IMG/VR virus record: IMGVR_UViG_3300029615_000411
Coordinates: 119,874-183,873 of that record
Source: a virus
Lineage: Duplodnaviria; Heunggongvirae; Uroviricota; Caudoviricetes
Direction: 5' to 3' (one strand)
Length of the DNA stretch: 64,000 nt
The position numbers were made by a program, and so were the translations under genes. The notes beneath the pieces were generated by a model. The model had not been told where the DNA came from, did no database searches, and saw only the letters and a list, made by a program, of their open reading frames with translations. Below, in pieces: positions 1-9,352 of this stretch (its first letter is position 1; every line of letters starts with the position of its first letter).

Positions 1-630
1 CCCCTCTCCATAGTGCCACAAAGCGGGATGATTTCCACCCCAATTCATAGAACCGTTATTGAACGCCAAACATTCGTGTAAAGGAAAATCACGCGTATTA
101 TGCACGATATTAAAGCAGCTTAAAAAACTGCCGCCATTGGAAAAACCGGTTGATTCACGCATCGTAAAAAGACCGTTTGCTGGCACATAACAATTAACTG
201 AGTTATAGCCTCGTTCTCCGTCTTGATTCCAAGTTTCGATGGTAATAAGTACGCCGGAATCCAGATTCGCCCATACATCAAAGATATTGTCTTTATCAAT
301 GTCTTCTTTGTATTCATGTGCAAAACCGAGCTCCTGTAAAATACGAGTCAGTTCCTCATACGGAACAGCCTCTACTTCACCAGTTTTTTCGTTGTATTCC
401 TCGTAGAAGTCATAAGGAACATTCTTCATCGTGGCGAGAATGCAGTTTTCTCTGTTTTCAAAGGAAACCACTTTGCCATATCCTACATGAAGGCTCTTCC
501 AATTTTTGATGATAATAACCTTCCCGTACTCGTTATAAGAAATGAGCTTACCATTCTTTTTGGACCTCCGGATACGGTAGACATTATCTGCGCTGATTCC
601 GCTCAGGTCAATAGTATCGTTCATATTCAT
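1..630 (-). CDS. hypothetical protein, C-terminal part runs off window start (ATG at 630; about 210 aa seen)
   Basis: Manual translation of reverse strand 630->1 gives an uninterrupted ORF (MNMNDTIDLSGISADNVYRIRRSKKNG...). It is absent from the ORF track, which appears to omit ORFs lacking an in-window stop. Confidence 0.5.
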   Translation of the reverse strand, partial: MNMNDTIDLSGISADNVYRIRRSKKNGKLISYNEYGKVIIIKNWKSLHVGYGKVVSFENRENCILATMKNVPYDFYEEYNEKTGEVEAVPYEELTRILQELGFAHEYKEDIDKDNIFDVWANLDSGVLITIETWNQDGERGYNSVNCYVPANGLFTMRESTGFSNGGSFLSCFNIVHNTRDFPLHECLAFNNGSMNWGGNHPALWHYGEG

Positions 631-655
631 AAATCTTACCTCATTTCACTTTTTG

Positions 656-964
656 TCAAGTTGTAGATACAACCGTTTGAATTTTCTCGGCAATCATAGT
701 CGCCATATGCTTTGCTTCTTTTTTCGCACATGCGTCCCAGACCTCAAAATACTGGTAACCATAATAGCGACCATGAATTTCGGAATCACTCCCGCTTTGG
801 TGGAACCAGATAGCTGAACCTTTTTTATCTTGCATTGCCTGCCGCACAGCGACCACAAAGTTCGTTGCATCAGCATCCCAGAAGGGCCGCTCATAATTGA
901 AGTCAATGCCCCAACCGTGGCAAGAATCTGGCTTGTGAATTCTAATAGGAGAAATAGCTGTCAT
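656..964 (-). CDS. hypothetical protein (start moved to ATG 964, MTAISPIRIH...)
   Basis: ORF 656..1000; upstream extension overlaps a terminator hairpin; AAAGGAA-type RBS before ATG 964. Confidence 0.5.
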   Translation of the reverse strand: MTAISPIRIHKPDSCHGWGIDFNYERPFWDADATNFVVAVRQAMQDKKGSAIWFHQSGSDSEIHGRYYGYQYFEVWDACAKKEAKHMATMIAEKIQTVVSTT

Positions 965-982
965 TTTCAATTCATTCCTTTC

Positions 983-1019
983 GCAAAAAATAGCGGCCAT
1001 CTCTGACGAGATGGTCGCA
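983..1019 (-). terminator. leader hairpin plus T-tract downstream of promoter A (GCGACCATCTC-gtca-GAGATGGCCGC TATTTTTT)
   Basis: 11-bp stem, 4-nt loop, U-run; shares CCATCTC/GAGATGG core with the 7386 hairpin. Confidence 0.5.
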
Positions 1020-1084
1020 ATGTAACTTGATTTTAAATTAAGATAATAGAAGCTAACAAATAGCGCTTTTTATTTATCTTAGTG

Positions 1085-1120
1085 CTTTTATTGTAGCTAC
1101 TTTGCAGCAGTTTGCAAGAA
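1085..1120 (-). promoter_or_regulatory. class I promoter A (TTGCAA-16-TACAAT, spacer ACTGCTGCAAAGTAGC)
   Basis: Reverse complement gttcTTGCAAactgctgcaaagtagcTACAATaaaag. Confidence 0.45.
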
Positions 1121-1133
1121 CGGTGTCGTCTTC

Positions 1134-2540
1134 TTAAGCATGTTCAGGCAACCACTGCTGCGGGTAGGCTCGAAGTTTGTTGCGTGGCACACAATCGTTC
1201 AGAGCGGAGTTTTCAGCGAGCGCCATATCGATGATGTAATAGTCATCACCATTACGCATCACATCAATACTCCACTGCCCTACCAGTTCGACAGCAGGAA
1301 GAATCTTCTTAATTTCCTCCAGAATCATCCGAGCACTGTCATCGTATCGAGATTGCAGGATATCCTCGTGCATCTGATAGATGACATAGTCGTGGCGTTC
1401 CTGCGGAGTGCTTGCGTTCTTGAACTTACCCTTCATTACATCGGCTCGCCAATAAGGGCTGATACCCAGCACCTCATCAGCGTCGAAATCGACGAATACG
1501 CGGTACTCAGTATGCAGCGGCAAACCGTTGTAGATGGTCGGGTTGTGTTCCTTGTCCTTGATATATTCCCTGAGCACCCACTCGTTTGTGGTATTCGCAC
1601 CATAGAAGCAGGTATTGTTCAAAGGCGAAGCCATAGAACAGGTCAGATGATTCAGGAACAGGAAATACTCGCCCATCTCATTGATTTCCTTCGGGTCATG
1701 GATATGAGCGTTGCGAAACTCATACTTGGAAGAATAAGTTCCGGTCTTGATGAAGTAATCCTCGTGCTCATCCAGCTTGAATATCCGCTTGCAATAACGG
1801 TTTACGATTTCCTTGGTTACGGGATTCAGGGTTTCAAAACCAAGGCGAGTGAGCTGCAGCATCGGCAGCGGAACACGCAAAATCTTGGTATCAGGAATCC
1901 TGAAGAATTTGTTCCCGCACAACGCTTTTGCCAGCGGCGGAAGCCAAAATCCCATCGTGTTGGGATTCATTTCGAGCATCTGGTAGGTGAAGTCGTCGAG
2001 GTCAAGAATATCAAGACCCTGACGGAACTGGTTGTAGTAGAACTTTTTCATGCGGTCATCGCGTACATCCTTGTACTCGGCGTAATTCTGAAGCAGAATC
2101 TTATACGACGGCTCCGAAATATCGACCTTCACGAGATTTCCTGTCAGCTGAGGTCTGAGCTCTTCCGGGTATTTTTTCAGGTCATTGTTCGTTACCGGCA
2201 CAGCGTATCGAGATGCTGCATAGTTTACATAATATCCGCCGCGTTTATCATTGTAGATGTACAGGCGAGTACCATCTGTTAACTCACCTACGATACGGTC
2301 AATGAGTGTTTCAAGGTCCCGCGTAAACGGCACCCTCTTGTCAAGCATAGCTTTGACAGTAGCGGTATCCCACTGTAAAAAGTTCTCGGATAATGCCCCG
2401 CTGTCCAGCACCTGTTTCTTGTAGGTGTCCTCGAATGTTTTGAGGGCATCAGGGCTGGTTTTCAGCATTGCGGCAAGTTCTTCGTAGGAAAACGATTTAT
2501 CTTCCCTTTTGGTCATCATTTTACCAATTTTGGCAATCAT
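1134..2540 (-). CDS. hypothetical protein (about 468 aa); possibly ATP-grasp-like, unconfirmed
   Basis: Track start 2597 is TTG; in-frame ATG at 2540 is preceded by AAGGAGG. Confidence 0.5.
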   Translation of the reverse strand: MIAKIGKMMTKREDKSFSYEELAAMLKTSPDALKTFEDTYKKQVLDSGALSENFLQWDTATVKAMLDKRVPFTRDLETLIDRIVGELTDGTRLYIYNDKRGGYYVNYAASRYAVPVTNNDLKKYPEELRPQLTGNLVKVDISEPSYKILLQNYAEYKDVRDDRMKKFYYNQFRQGLDILDLDDFTYQMLEMNPNTMGFWLPPLAKALCGNKFFRIPDTKILRVPLPMLQLTRLGFETLNPVTKEIVNRYCKRIFKLDEHEDYFIKTGTYSSKYEFRNAHIHDPKEINEMGEYFLFLNHLTCSMASPLNNTCFYGANTTNEWVLREYIKDKEHNPTIYNGLPLHTEYRVFVDFDADEVLGISPYWRADVMKGKFKNASTPQERHDYVIYQMHEDILQSRYDDSARMILEEIKKILPAVELVGQWSIDVMRNGDDYYIIDMALAENSALNDCVPRNKLRAYPQQWLPEHA

Positions 2541-2566
2541 ATTTTCGATTTCCTCCTTTTTGGGAA

Positions 2567-3598
2567 TCAGGTGTTTGCAAAATTCGGATTCTTCCAAATC
2601 AACTTATTCCCGTAATAGACTTCGGGAATGTACTTGATGGGAATTCTGCGATTGTCTTCGAGTTGCGAATCGTTGTTCGCGATAAACTCCTCGATGCGAT
2701 TTTCTTCACTGCGCGGGGTGATGTTGCAAGTCGAGAAACCTCCACCGTACAGGATATCACTGTTCATCATACCTTTGACCGGATACTTTACTTCGGTCGT
2801 TTTACCGTTGATGTTCAGGACAAGGCGAACGGTTTCGTATTGCTTATATTGCTTAGCAAGTTCCACAAGAAGCCTGAACATGATTTCCTGAGTGTTCGGA
2901 CTATTGTACTTTCTCATATACTCTTCCGTCAACTCTTCCACCACAGCCAATGTAATCCCGTATAGGCGTCCAGACCGCCCGGAATTTGCCTTTTTGATTT
3001 TCTCCATCGTCCGTTCAGCCCAGCCGGTGGGATTAGCAAGATAATCCACTACCAGTTCATCGGCATTTGTGGATGTCAGGCCAAAGCAAGACCCGTTTCC
3101 AATCTCATCGACAATGCTGTCAATAGGGCTGCGATAATTCTTATACCCCTTTATTATGCGACAGAAAGCGTTCTGCCGTGCTATCTTGTCGTAATGACTG
3201 CCCTTGAGAATTTTCTTGTCTTCTTCCGTCACATTCTCTCGGAACATATCGAACAGCTTCTGTGCCATTTCCTCTATGACAGAATCCGAGGTAAAAGAAG
3301 AACGGCAGAAAATCGTTTTGAAGTCCTGTGTTTCATTGACGGTTTTGGCATTGTCGACAACGAGGCAAAGGAAGCGTATCTCTTGGTTGAATGTTACGGG
3401 TTTCTTTTCCAAGATTCCATAAAACCGCTGCCCGTACAAGGCATCTACCTTGTGCTCGCCATTGGCGAGCGGCACACGAATGAAACGGTAGTAGCGCCCG
3501 GACGGTTTTCCGGTATCGGGAATTGTGTTGCCTTCGAACACGGATGCGCCGGATTTGATAGCCTGCTCAAAATCCTCACGAGTTAAATTGATAGTCAT
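2567..3598 (-). CDS. hypothetical protein (about 343 aa)
   Basis: ORF 2567..3649; ATG 3598 (MTINLTREDF) with GAAAGGAAG RBS. Confidence 0.5.
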   Translation of the reverse strand: MTINLTREDFEQAIKSGASVFEGNTIPDTGKPSGRYYRFIRVPLANGEHKVDALYGQRFYGILEKKPVTFNQEIRFLCLVVDNAKTVNETQDFKTIFCRSSFTSDSVIEEMAQKLFDMFRENVTEEDKKILKGSHYDKIARQNAFCRIIKGYKNYRSPIDSIVDEIGNGSCFGLTSTNADELVVDYLANPTGWAERTMEKIKKANSGRSGRLYGITLAVVEELTEEYMRKYNSPNTQEIMFRLLVELAKQYKQYETVRLVLNINGKTTEVKYPVKGMMNSDILYGGGFSTCNITPRSEENRIEEFIANNDSQLEDNRRIPIKYIPEVYYGNKLIWKNPNFANT

Positions 3599-3627
3599 AA
3601 TTTCTTCCTTTCTGTTTTTATTATTTT

Positions 3628-4392
3628 TTAGCTGTTTTCTTCGATGCACAATTTGCTGCTACGAATGTTTTCCAACCATTTTTCATCCATAACATTGCCA
3701 ATACGATACTTCCTCTGGGATTCATAGGACCAGTCACAACCGACGACAGCATCACCGATGGCATTCAGATACAGTTCTCCATCAGTGATATTGATTCCGG
3801 CTTCATTTCTCGGTTTACAATCTCTCTCATATTCAATCACAAGTTCCGAAACTATAGGTTCTCTCTTTAGAATCTGATTTGCGTTGATAGTTTTGGCACG
3901 ACCCTCGTTAATGAGATATTGCTTGCGAAAATCCGTTACTTTATCATTACGATTATATCTCAAACCGCTAAGAATACTCGCACTTTCGCGGGGAATTTCT
4001 TCATGAAAATCATCGCTGCTGATACAAAGACCACACGAATAGTCATCCTTGTCATCGCAATAATTCCACCATTCGAGGCTCGCCAAAGCGAGTTCTACCA
4101 TCTTATCGACGGCTTTCCCGTTGGTTACCATATAAAAACTCCCAACGGAAATGTTTCGCTCTCTTACGGCGTTCAAAGTATAGCGGATAGCAGGAATATT
4201 CAAAGAAATCTCTCCACCCGTGAAGGTCAAGGAACTGATGTATCCTGCATTAGCAAAACTGTCAAGAAACGCATCGATATACTTTTCCTGAATATCGACC
4301 GCCTCCGCATCACCGCGTAAACAATGCGCACAGCACATATTGCAGCGACGCGTAACCTCGATTACCACATTACAAGCGTTTGAAATATACAT
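3628..4392 (-). CDS. radical SAM enzyme (CX3CX2C plus GGE motif) with extra C-terminal cysteines, possible auxiliary Fe-S (twitch/SPASM-like)
   Basis: RRCNMCCAHC = CxxxCxxC; TFTGGEISL SAM-binding motif; 5 further Cys in C-terminal half; AAAGGAG RBS before ATG 4392. Confidence 0.65.
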   Translation of the reverse strand: MYISNACNVVIEVTRRCNMCCAHCLRGDAEAVDIQEKYIDAFLDSFANAGYISSLTFTGGEISLNIPAIRYTLNAVRERNISVGSFYMVTNGKAVDKMVELALASLEWWNYCDDKDDYSCGLCISSDDFHEEIPRESASILSGLRYNRNDKVTDFRKQYLINEGRAKTINANQILKREPIVSELVIEYERDCKPRNEAGINITDGELYLNAIGDAVVGCDWSYESQRKYRIGNVMDEKWLENIRSSKLCIEENS

Positions 4393-4406
4393 CCTATTTA
4401 CTCCTT

Positions 4407-4718
4407 TCACCAATTCTCGTCCGCAAAGCTCTCATTGCGGTCAACGATGATATCCACATCCAGTGGTGTAATTTTACCCAGACCGTAATTCAAGAAGAAC
4501 GAGCCGGGAATGTCATCGACATCGCCCCAGTTCCAGCAACCACAGTTAATTTCAAGCTGTCGTTTGCCTTCGTCCGTCTTGAGATAATCTTTGATTGCGC
4601 CGCGCAGGACGCTTTCCGGGTCATGGATTTGCTCCGGATTATAGCTAAACTGAATCAGTGTGCATTCCACTGCACGGTCAACAATCTCATTAGCAACAAT
4701 TGTAAAAACCTTTGTCAT
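4407..4718 (-). CDS. hypothetical protein (about 103 aa)
   Basis: GAGGAGG RBS before ATG 4718 (MTKVFTIV...). Confidence 0.45.
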   Translation of the reverse strand: MTKVFTIVANEIVDRAVECTLIQFSYNPEQIHDPESVLRGAIKDYLKTDEGKRQLEINCGCWNWGDVDDIPGSFFLNYGLGKITPLDVDIIVDRNESFADENW

Positions 4719-4740
4719 AGTAATCCTCCTCAATAAACAG

Positions 4741-5196
4741 TCAGGCACAACGAACGCGAATGACATTATCATCATTCGACAAGCAAACAATCACGTCCAC
4801 ATCCGGTCCCTCTTTCTCAAGAGCACCTTCAAGGATTGGCTTGATTTTGTGCCATTGATTTTCTGTGATTTTACAGCCGGGGCTCATAAGCAGAATATTT
4901 GCTTCGGCCAGCTTTGCTTTCATGACCACTTGTAGGAAACAACCGTATAAGTATCCGTAATTCACCTTGTTATTTTCAAGACAAATCATATCTGCTATTA
5001 CGGTCCTTTTATTACCATAGCAGTTCACAACATGTCCCAAGTGATGTTCAGATTTGTCATACCGTACCTTGGCATCCGGAAACATGCTTTCAATAGATTC
5101 GTTTTTGAAAACACCACTGCTATCACAAAAAACACAAACGATATTTTTGCCGGGAAACTCCTGACTTGATAAACAGCTTTTTGTCTTTTTTATCAA
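4741..5196 (-). CDS. hypothetical protein (151 aa); start uncertain (TTG at 5196)
   Basis: ORF track; sits downstream of class I promoter B and a leader hairpin. Confidence 0.4.
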   Translation of the reverse strand: MIKKTKSCLSSQEFPGKNIVCVFCDSSGVFKNESIESMFPDAKVRYDKSEHHLGHVVNCYGNKRTVIADMICLENNKVNYGYLYGCFLQVVMKAKLAEANILLMSPGCKITENQWHKIKPILEGALEKEGPDVDVIVCLSNDDNVIRVRCA

Positions 5197-5222
5197 TTTT
5201 TCTTCATCATCCTTTCGGCGAT

Positions 5223-5261
5223 AACAAAAAATACCGCCACCTCTTACGAGATAGCGGTATG
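5223..5261 (-). terminator. leader hairpin plus T-tract downstream of promoter B (ATACCGC...GCGGTAT TTTTTTG)
   Basis: 7-bp stem, 16-nt loop, T6. Confidence 0.4.
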
Positions 5262-5302
5262 TTGATTTTGAATTGTAATTGTATTTTATCTATCGAATAT
5301 AC

Positions 5303-5334
5303 TTAGTATATCGATTTTGCAGCAATTTGCAAGC
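5303..5334 (-). promoter_or_regulatory. class I promoter B (TTGCAA-ATTGCTGCAAAATCGA-TATACT)
   Basis: Conserved TTGCAAATTGCTGCAAA core. Confidence 0.45.
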
Positions 5335-5389
5335 GCAGCTATTTAGTGGCGCTTCAACTTTTTCCGGGGGTTTTATTTTTTCGCTTTAC

Positions 5390-6187
5390 TTACAGCAAAC
5401 TCATCTCTGCACGATACGCATTGGCGTCGTAGCCCCAGATATTACAAGCAAAATCGATTGCTGCGTTACCTTTGCTGGGATAACCGTCGTCAACAAAATC
5501 TCCTTTGCAAAGCGCATACCAGCCACAATTACTTCCGATATCCTCATCCGCGTATTTTACACGAATATTGGCGTGTGGAAATTTACGGCTCAGTTCGACA
5601 ATGGCGCATGCAGGTGTATTCCAAGGGGTTTTAAAATTGATGGCAATTTTCGTATCATTTATTCTACGGATATTCACATCAAAAACATCCCACTTTACGC
5701 CCCAGTTTGCGACACGCCAATAATACCATGAAGCATATCCATATTTTACGGCATTTTCCAAAGCACGCTCCGCTACAGTATCGAACTCTTCGACATTATA
5801 GGGGATACGTTTCAGGTTGATGAGTTTGCTATCTTTCACATGTTCCAGTTTGGAGCGAGCTTCCGCAGCTTCCTTGCAAACACCAACCATATCTGATGCA
5901 GTAAGTTTTTCCTTCCTGTGCAGGAGAAAAGTTTCTCTGCAAATAGCCTTTCTTACGTTTTCCGGATACTTCTCCGGGTCAATTCCATATTTATTTACGG
6001 CCGCCCATGCGAGCATCCTGTCACATGGCGATACGATTTGCAGTGATTCCGGCATAGGAACAACAGACTGAAGCGAAAAATCTTTTTCGCCATCATCGTC
6101 TTTTCCCTTGACACGATTCAGAAAATCCTCCAACTCTGACTGAGAATTGAAAGAAACAGACATGATATTCATGATATTGTTTGCCAT
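5390..6187 (-). CDS. hypothetical protein (265 aa)
   Basis: ATG 6187 with AAGGAG RBS at 7 nt spacing. Confidence 0.5.
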   Translation of the reverse strand: MANNIMNIMSVSFNSQSELEDFLNRVKGKDDDGEKDFSLQSVVPMPESLQIVSPCDRMLAWAAVNKYGIDPEKYPENVRKAICRETFLLHRKEKLTASDMVGVCKEAAEARSKLEHVKDSKLINLKRIPYNVEEFDTVAERALENAVKYGYASWYYWRVANWGVKWDVFDVNIRRINDTKIAINFKTPWNTPACAIVELSRKFPHANIRVKYADEDIGSNCGWYALCKGDFVDDGYPSKGNAAIDFACNIWGYDANAYRAEMSLL

Positions 6188-6204
6188 TTATTTTCTCCTT
6201 TGTC

Positions 6205-6393
6205 TTACGCGGGTACGCGTACGCAAGAATAGTGGCAAGCTCCACAATTCAGGAACTTTGCCCGCTTCATCGCCTCATCCAAGCTGAACCGCGTCGCTTC
6301 GTTAATGTTGGCAGTATCACTCTTACACTCTACGTAAAAACGCACATCTCCAAAAAACGGGTCTTTACGGCTTAGCGCATACATATTTTCCAA
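6205..6393 (-). CDS. small Cys-containing hypothetical protein (62 aa), TTG start
   Basis: GAGGAGG RBS 6 nt before TTG 6393. Confidence 0.4.
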   Translation of the reverse strand: MENMYALSRKDPFFGDVRFYVECKSDTANINEATRFSLDEAMKRAKFLNCGACHYSCVRVPA

Positions 6394-6405
6394 AATAAGT
6401 CCTCC

Positions 6406-7146
6406 TCAAATGTATCTCTCCCAGAACTTTTCGAATTCCTCGCTCGGCATCTGTGCTTCCGTTTCATCCAACAGTCTTTCGTAAGAATCACTGGAAACAT
6501 CGGTGCCAATAAAATCGGCAACGGCATCATGACCGCGCTGCATCAAGGCGTCTTTCAGAATCGCCCAACGACATTCGTGAATGGCATCATCCAGCGTTTT
6601 GTTGCCATCAGGCTGCCAATACTCGCCTGTCTGCTGAATTCTATAAAACTCATCCAGCGCATCATCAACATTGTTTTCGAGAAGAATATCGTCAATAAAA
6701 TTGACAGGATAATCCTTGCCGTTGATTTCCACTTCTGCATAACTGAAACAGTCGTCGTCACACGGCATTGCTGCACAGGTGACATCGAAAATTTCGTGCG
6801 TTTCCTTGTTTACCTTGCAAGGCAACTGGAATGTTGCTCCGGACTCGAAGTAAGAAAAGACAACCGCTTCCTCAACATCGTTGTCGGGGCATTTCGCAGA
6901 CTGGATGAATTCCGGCATAGACAGCACATCAATACTCTCTCTTCGGTCGCCCATGGCAGGATAAACCTTCATGATTGTATAACCATCATGCTGCAGCTTT
7001 CGGATAGCACGGCACAGGTCGAGATGCATTTCATGAAGACTGATGCCACTACCTCGTCCGTCTTTTTTGGTATAGATTTCGACAACTACATCTTCAGAGG
7101 TTGTCTGAACAACATAATAAGTCTTATCATTACAAATCTTAAACAT
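6406..7146 (-). CDS. hypothetical acidic protein (about 246 aa)
   Basis: ATG 7146 (MFKICNDK) with AGGGAG RBS. Confidence 0.5.
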   Translation of the reverse strand: MFKICNDKTYYVVQTTSEDVVVEIYTKKDGRGSGISLHEMHLDLCRAIRKLQHDGYTIMKVYPAMGDRRESIDVLSMPEFIQSAKCPDNDVEEAVVFSYFESGATFQLPCKVNKETHEIFDVTCAAMPCDDDCFSYAEVEINGKDYPVNFIDDILLENNVDDALDEFYRIQQTGEYWQPDGNKTLDDAIHECRWAILKDALMQRGHDAVADFIGTDVSSDSYERLLDETEAQMPSEEFEKFWERYI

Positions 7147-7167
7147 AGCACTTATCTCCCTTCTCAA

Positions 7168-7365
7168 TCAAACAAAAGCCAGAAAATCGTTGGCCGGAAT
7201 CTGTCGCTGGGCATCGTAAGCGGTGCCGTAGACATCATCACCCCAACTGATTTGCACATCCTTCGTCCACAGAGCAAGCTCAGACATTTTTGCTGCCACG
7301 GCTTTTGCGGAGCTGCAGATATACTTCTTGACGGCGTTGTTTTCTTTTACGTTAATTGTAAACAT
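7168..7365 (-). CDS. small hypothetical protein (about 65 aa)
   Basis: AAGGAGG 8 nt before ATG 7365; the longer track ORF overlaps a terminator hairpin. Confidence 0.45.
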   Translation of the reverse strand: MFTINVKENNAVKKYICSSAKAVAAKMSELALWTKDVQISWGDDVYGTAYDAQRQIPANDFLAFV

Positions 7366-7385
7366 TTCAATTTCCTCCTTAACAC

Positions 7386-7419
7386 AACAAAAAACAGCCA
7401 TCTCGATTGAGATGGCTGC
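7386..7419 (-). terminator. leader intrinsic terminator downstream of promoter C (CAGCCATCTC-aatc-GAGATGGCTG TTTTTTG)
   Basis: Perfect 10-bp stem, tetraloop, T6. Confidence 0.6.
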
Positions 7420-7479
7420 ACGAACAGATTTTGAACTAAAACAAGTCAAGGAATTGATACTTTGATTTATCTTAGTTCT

Positions 7480-7512
7480 TTAATTATATCTACTTTGCAG
7501 CAATTGACAAGA
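7480..7512 (-). promoter_or_regulatory. class I promoter C (TTGTCA-ATTGCTGCAAAGTAGAT-ATAATT)
   Basis: Conserved core, 17 nt spacer. Confidence 0.45.
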
Positions 7513-7538
7513 TAGCCACAACAGGTGCGACATCATAT

Positions 7539-7760
7539 TCATGGTACTTTTTCAACGATGTCTTCACCATAAACCACGAATAGACCAGAGCCGTTATCCC
7601 AGCGAACCATGATACTGCCGGTATCGTCTATACCTGAAACTGTGCCGAGTGTTCCAATAGGCGGAGCCTGAATATCATCCATCTTTAACAGTTTCACGCG
7701 TGTTCCGGCTGGATATTCGGCACGGAGCGCAGCAACGATTTCTCGATTTGGAAAAATCAT
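7539..7760 (-). CDS. DUF4314-like small protein
   Basis: RVKLLKMDDIQAPPIGTLGTVSGIDDTGSIMVRWDNGSGL matches the DUF4314 signature common on Firmicutes mobile elements. Confidence 0.55.
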   Translation of the reverse strand: MIFPNREIVAALRAEYPAGTRVKLLKMDDIQAPPIGTLGTVSGIDDTGSIMVRWDNGSGLFVVYGEDIVEKVP

Positions 7761-7776
7761 AAATACACCTCGCCTC

Positions 7777-8325
7777 TTAGTATGTCACGGTGTCAAAGAA
7801 CTCCTGACATTCCTCATCGTTCAACACAACGCCAAAGTACGCAACACGCTCGACGGTAGTTTCCCACACCTTAACGGTACGCGTCATAGGCTGAACGACC
7901 CACGAATGCTGTCGCCAAAGGCCATCTTCACTTAAAGCGTACCCGGTTGCAATCTGACATCTGCCACGATTTGCATCCCACAGATAAGCAGCGTTCTGAT
8001 GACAACGACAATCTTCGCCCTTCTTCATGTACTTGGAGCCATAGAAGAACTGTCCTCGTTCCAGCACTTTCTCCGCATCTTCGTCACGGGTATTGAGCAA
8101 AACCTCATCACCGCCGAAAGTTAAAATTCTATCACGCAGAGCACGCAAAGTCTTTTTCATTTCGTTTGTGAGCCAAGGCGCGGTGGCGTCCTCGTTGTAC
8201 AGCTGCATTGCCTCTACTCGTTTTTTCCATTCCTTATCCATTGGATTCCAGCGGACATGGTTCGCAACCATATCAGGAGAGGTCATGGGCGTTTTGGCAT
8301 TCCAACTAAATTTCTTATTTGCCAT
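7777..8325 (-). CDS. hypothetical protein (about 182 aa)
   Basis: AAAAGGAG RBS before ATG 8325 (MANKKFSW). Confidence 0.5.
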   Translation of the reverse strand: MANKKFSWNAKTPMTSPDMVANHVRWNPMDKEWKKRVEAMQLYNEDATAPWLTNEMKKTLRALRDRILTFGGDEVLLNTRDEDAEKVLERGQFFYGSKYMKKGEDCRCHQNAAYLWDANRGRCQIATGYALSEDGLWRQHSWVVQPMTRTVKVWETTVERVAYFGVVLNDEECQEFFDTVTY

Positions 8326-8339
8326 TATAATACTCCTTT

Positions 8340-8376
8340 TCAACAAAACCGCTTACCTTTTTCAGGTAAGCGGTTA
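8340..8376 (-). terminator. intergenic hairpin (AACCGCTTACC-tgaaaaa-GGTAAGCGGTT TTTGTTG) before gene 7777..8325
   Basis: 11-bp stem. Confidence 0.45.
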
Positions 8377-8384
8377 TATTTTGA

Positions 8385-9047
8385 TTATGCGAGCATGGGA
8401 TATATTTCTTTCTTTACCGCCCTCATAAGAGCGGCAGCATGTGCGGCGTTTTGTGCATTGCCAACACCTGCGCGAGATATTTTTGGATTCACACGCTCAA
8501 TGAAATTTTTCTTATACGGAGCAGAAATGCTCCTTGCAGCATCGATAATCTGTTTCATGTTTTCAGCGTCGATTTTTTGCTGAACGCATAATTTTTGTAA
8601 CCGTGTGCAAAAAGCGTCTTTGTTGTCCCGTACAGAAGTAGAATGATTTTTTGTTTCTTTATGTGGGATGACTGCCTCACAGGCTATCCGTTTAACGCTT
8701 AACCCTTTACTGCACATGGTCTGAATAAGCCCGTCATATCCCTTGTCTGCCGACACGATGATATAATTGCTTTTCTTTCCTGTTGTGCAAAGACTACCAA
8801 GTTTAGCAACAACGTGGAAATCCATGCTGTTTTTCCCTGCATTGGAGACGCAGAACTCTACTTGGTTGACTGGGTACTTTGCCAGAAAAACCTGCAATTC
8901 TTTAAGTGACATGTATGTGGCTTCCGGACCGATGAAGATAATCAGCTTGTCCTTTTTGGTTTTAAAATGCACTACATTTAGCCATTTTTTTTGGACATTC
9001 TCGGTATCTATCAGCCAAACGGTTCGAGTGCGGCTCACACATTTCAC
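8385..9047 (-). CDS. NYN-domain (LabA-like) putative RNase; GTG start overlapping upstream stop as GTGA
   Basis: WLIDTENV ... NAGKNSMDFHVVAKLG ... IIVSADKGYDGLIQ resembles NYN motifs; GTG at 9047 overlaps TGA of the 9044..9340 gene. Confidence 0.5.
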   Translation of the reverse strand: MKCVSRTRTVWLIDTENVQKKWLNVVHFKTKKDKLIIFIGPEATYMSLKELQVFLAKYPVNQVEFCVSNAGKNSMDFHVVAKLGSLCTTGKKSNYIIVSADKGYDGLIQTMCSKGLSVKRIACEAVIPHKETKNHSTSVRDNKDAFCTRLQKLCVQQKIDAENMKQIIDAARSISAPYKKNFIERVNPKISRAGVGNAQNAAHAAALMRAVKKEIYPMLA

Positions 9048-9340
9048 CCCCACACTTCGGTGACTTTTCTGGGGATTCCGTGCTTGTCGATACACTGCCG
9101 GTAAATTGTAAACTTACTGTTCGGGTGCGCCTTCATATAGTCAGCGCGTGCCGCGTCCGTGTTCGCAATCAGTAGATTTTTATCGGCAATAAGAACGCTT
9201 TCCCATCCGGAATCGAGAAGCGTACTGGCAACATCTTTGAAAGATACGTCTGCAGGCGTATCGCACTTACAAACACCTCGTGCGATAGGATGCGCAGTGG
9301 CAATGATTTTTGCTGCCGTCATCACAGTCTCGTAACTCAT
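9044..9340 (-). CDS. hypothetical protein (98 aa)
   Basis: AGGAGG RBS before ATG 9340. Confidence 0.5.
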   Translation of the reverse strand: MSYETVMTAAKIIATAHPIARGVCKCDTPADVSFKDVASTLLDSGWESVLIADKNLLIANTDAARADYMKAHPNSKFTIYRQCIDKHGIPRKVTEVWG

Positions 9341-9352
9341 AGTGTCCTCCTA

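Noticed and set aside
1140-2282. 380-aa plus-strand ORF antisense to gene 1134..2540
   Set aside because: No RBS or promoter and a non-protein-like composition; the minus-strand gene has the RBS and operon context.
7168-7449. Full 93-aa track ORF including the MTCFSSKSVRAAISIEMAVFCCVKEEIE extension (same issue for the extensions at 656..1000, 13566..13883, 17098..17808, 24209..25318 and 33124..34329)
   Set aside because: The upstream parts overlap terminator hairpins or promoters and lack an RBS; a strong RBS precedes the internal ATG in each case.
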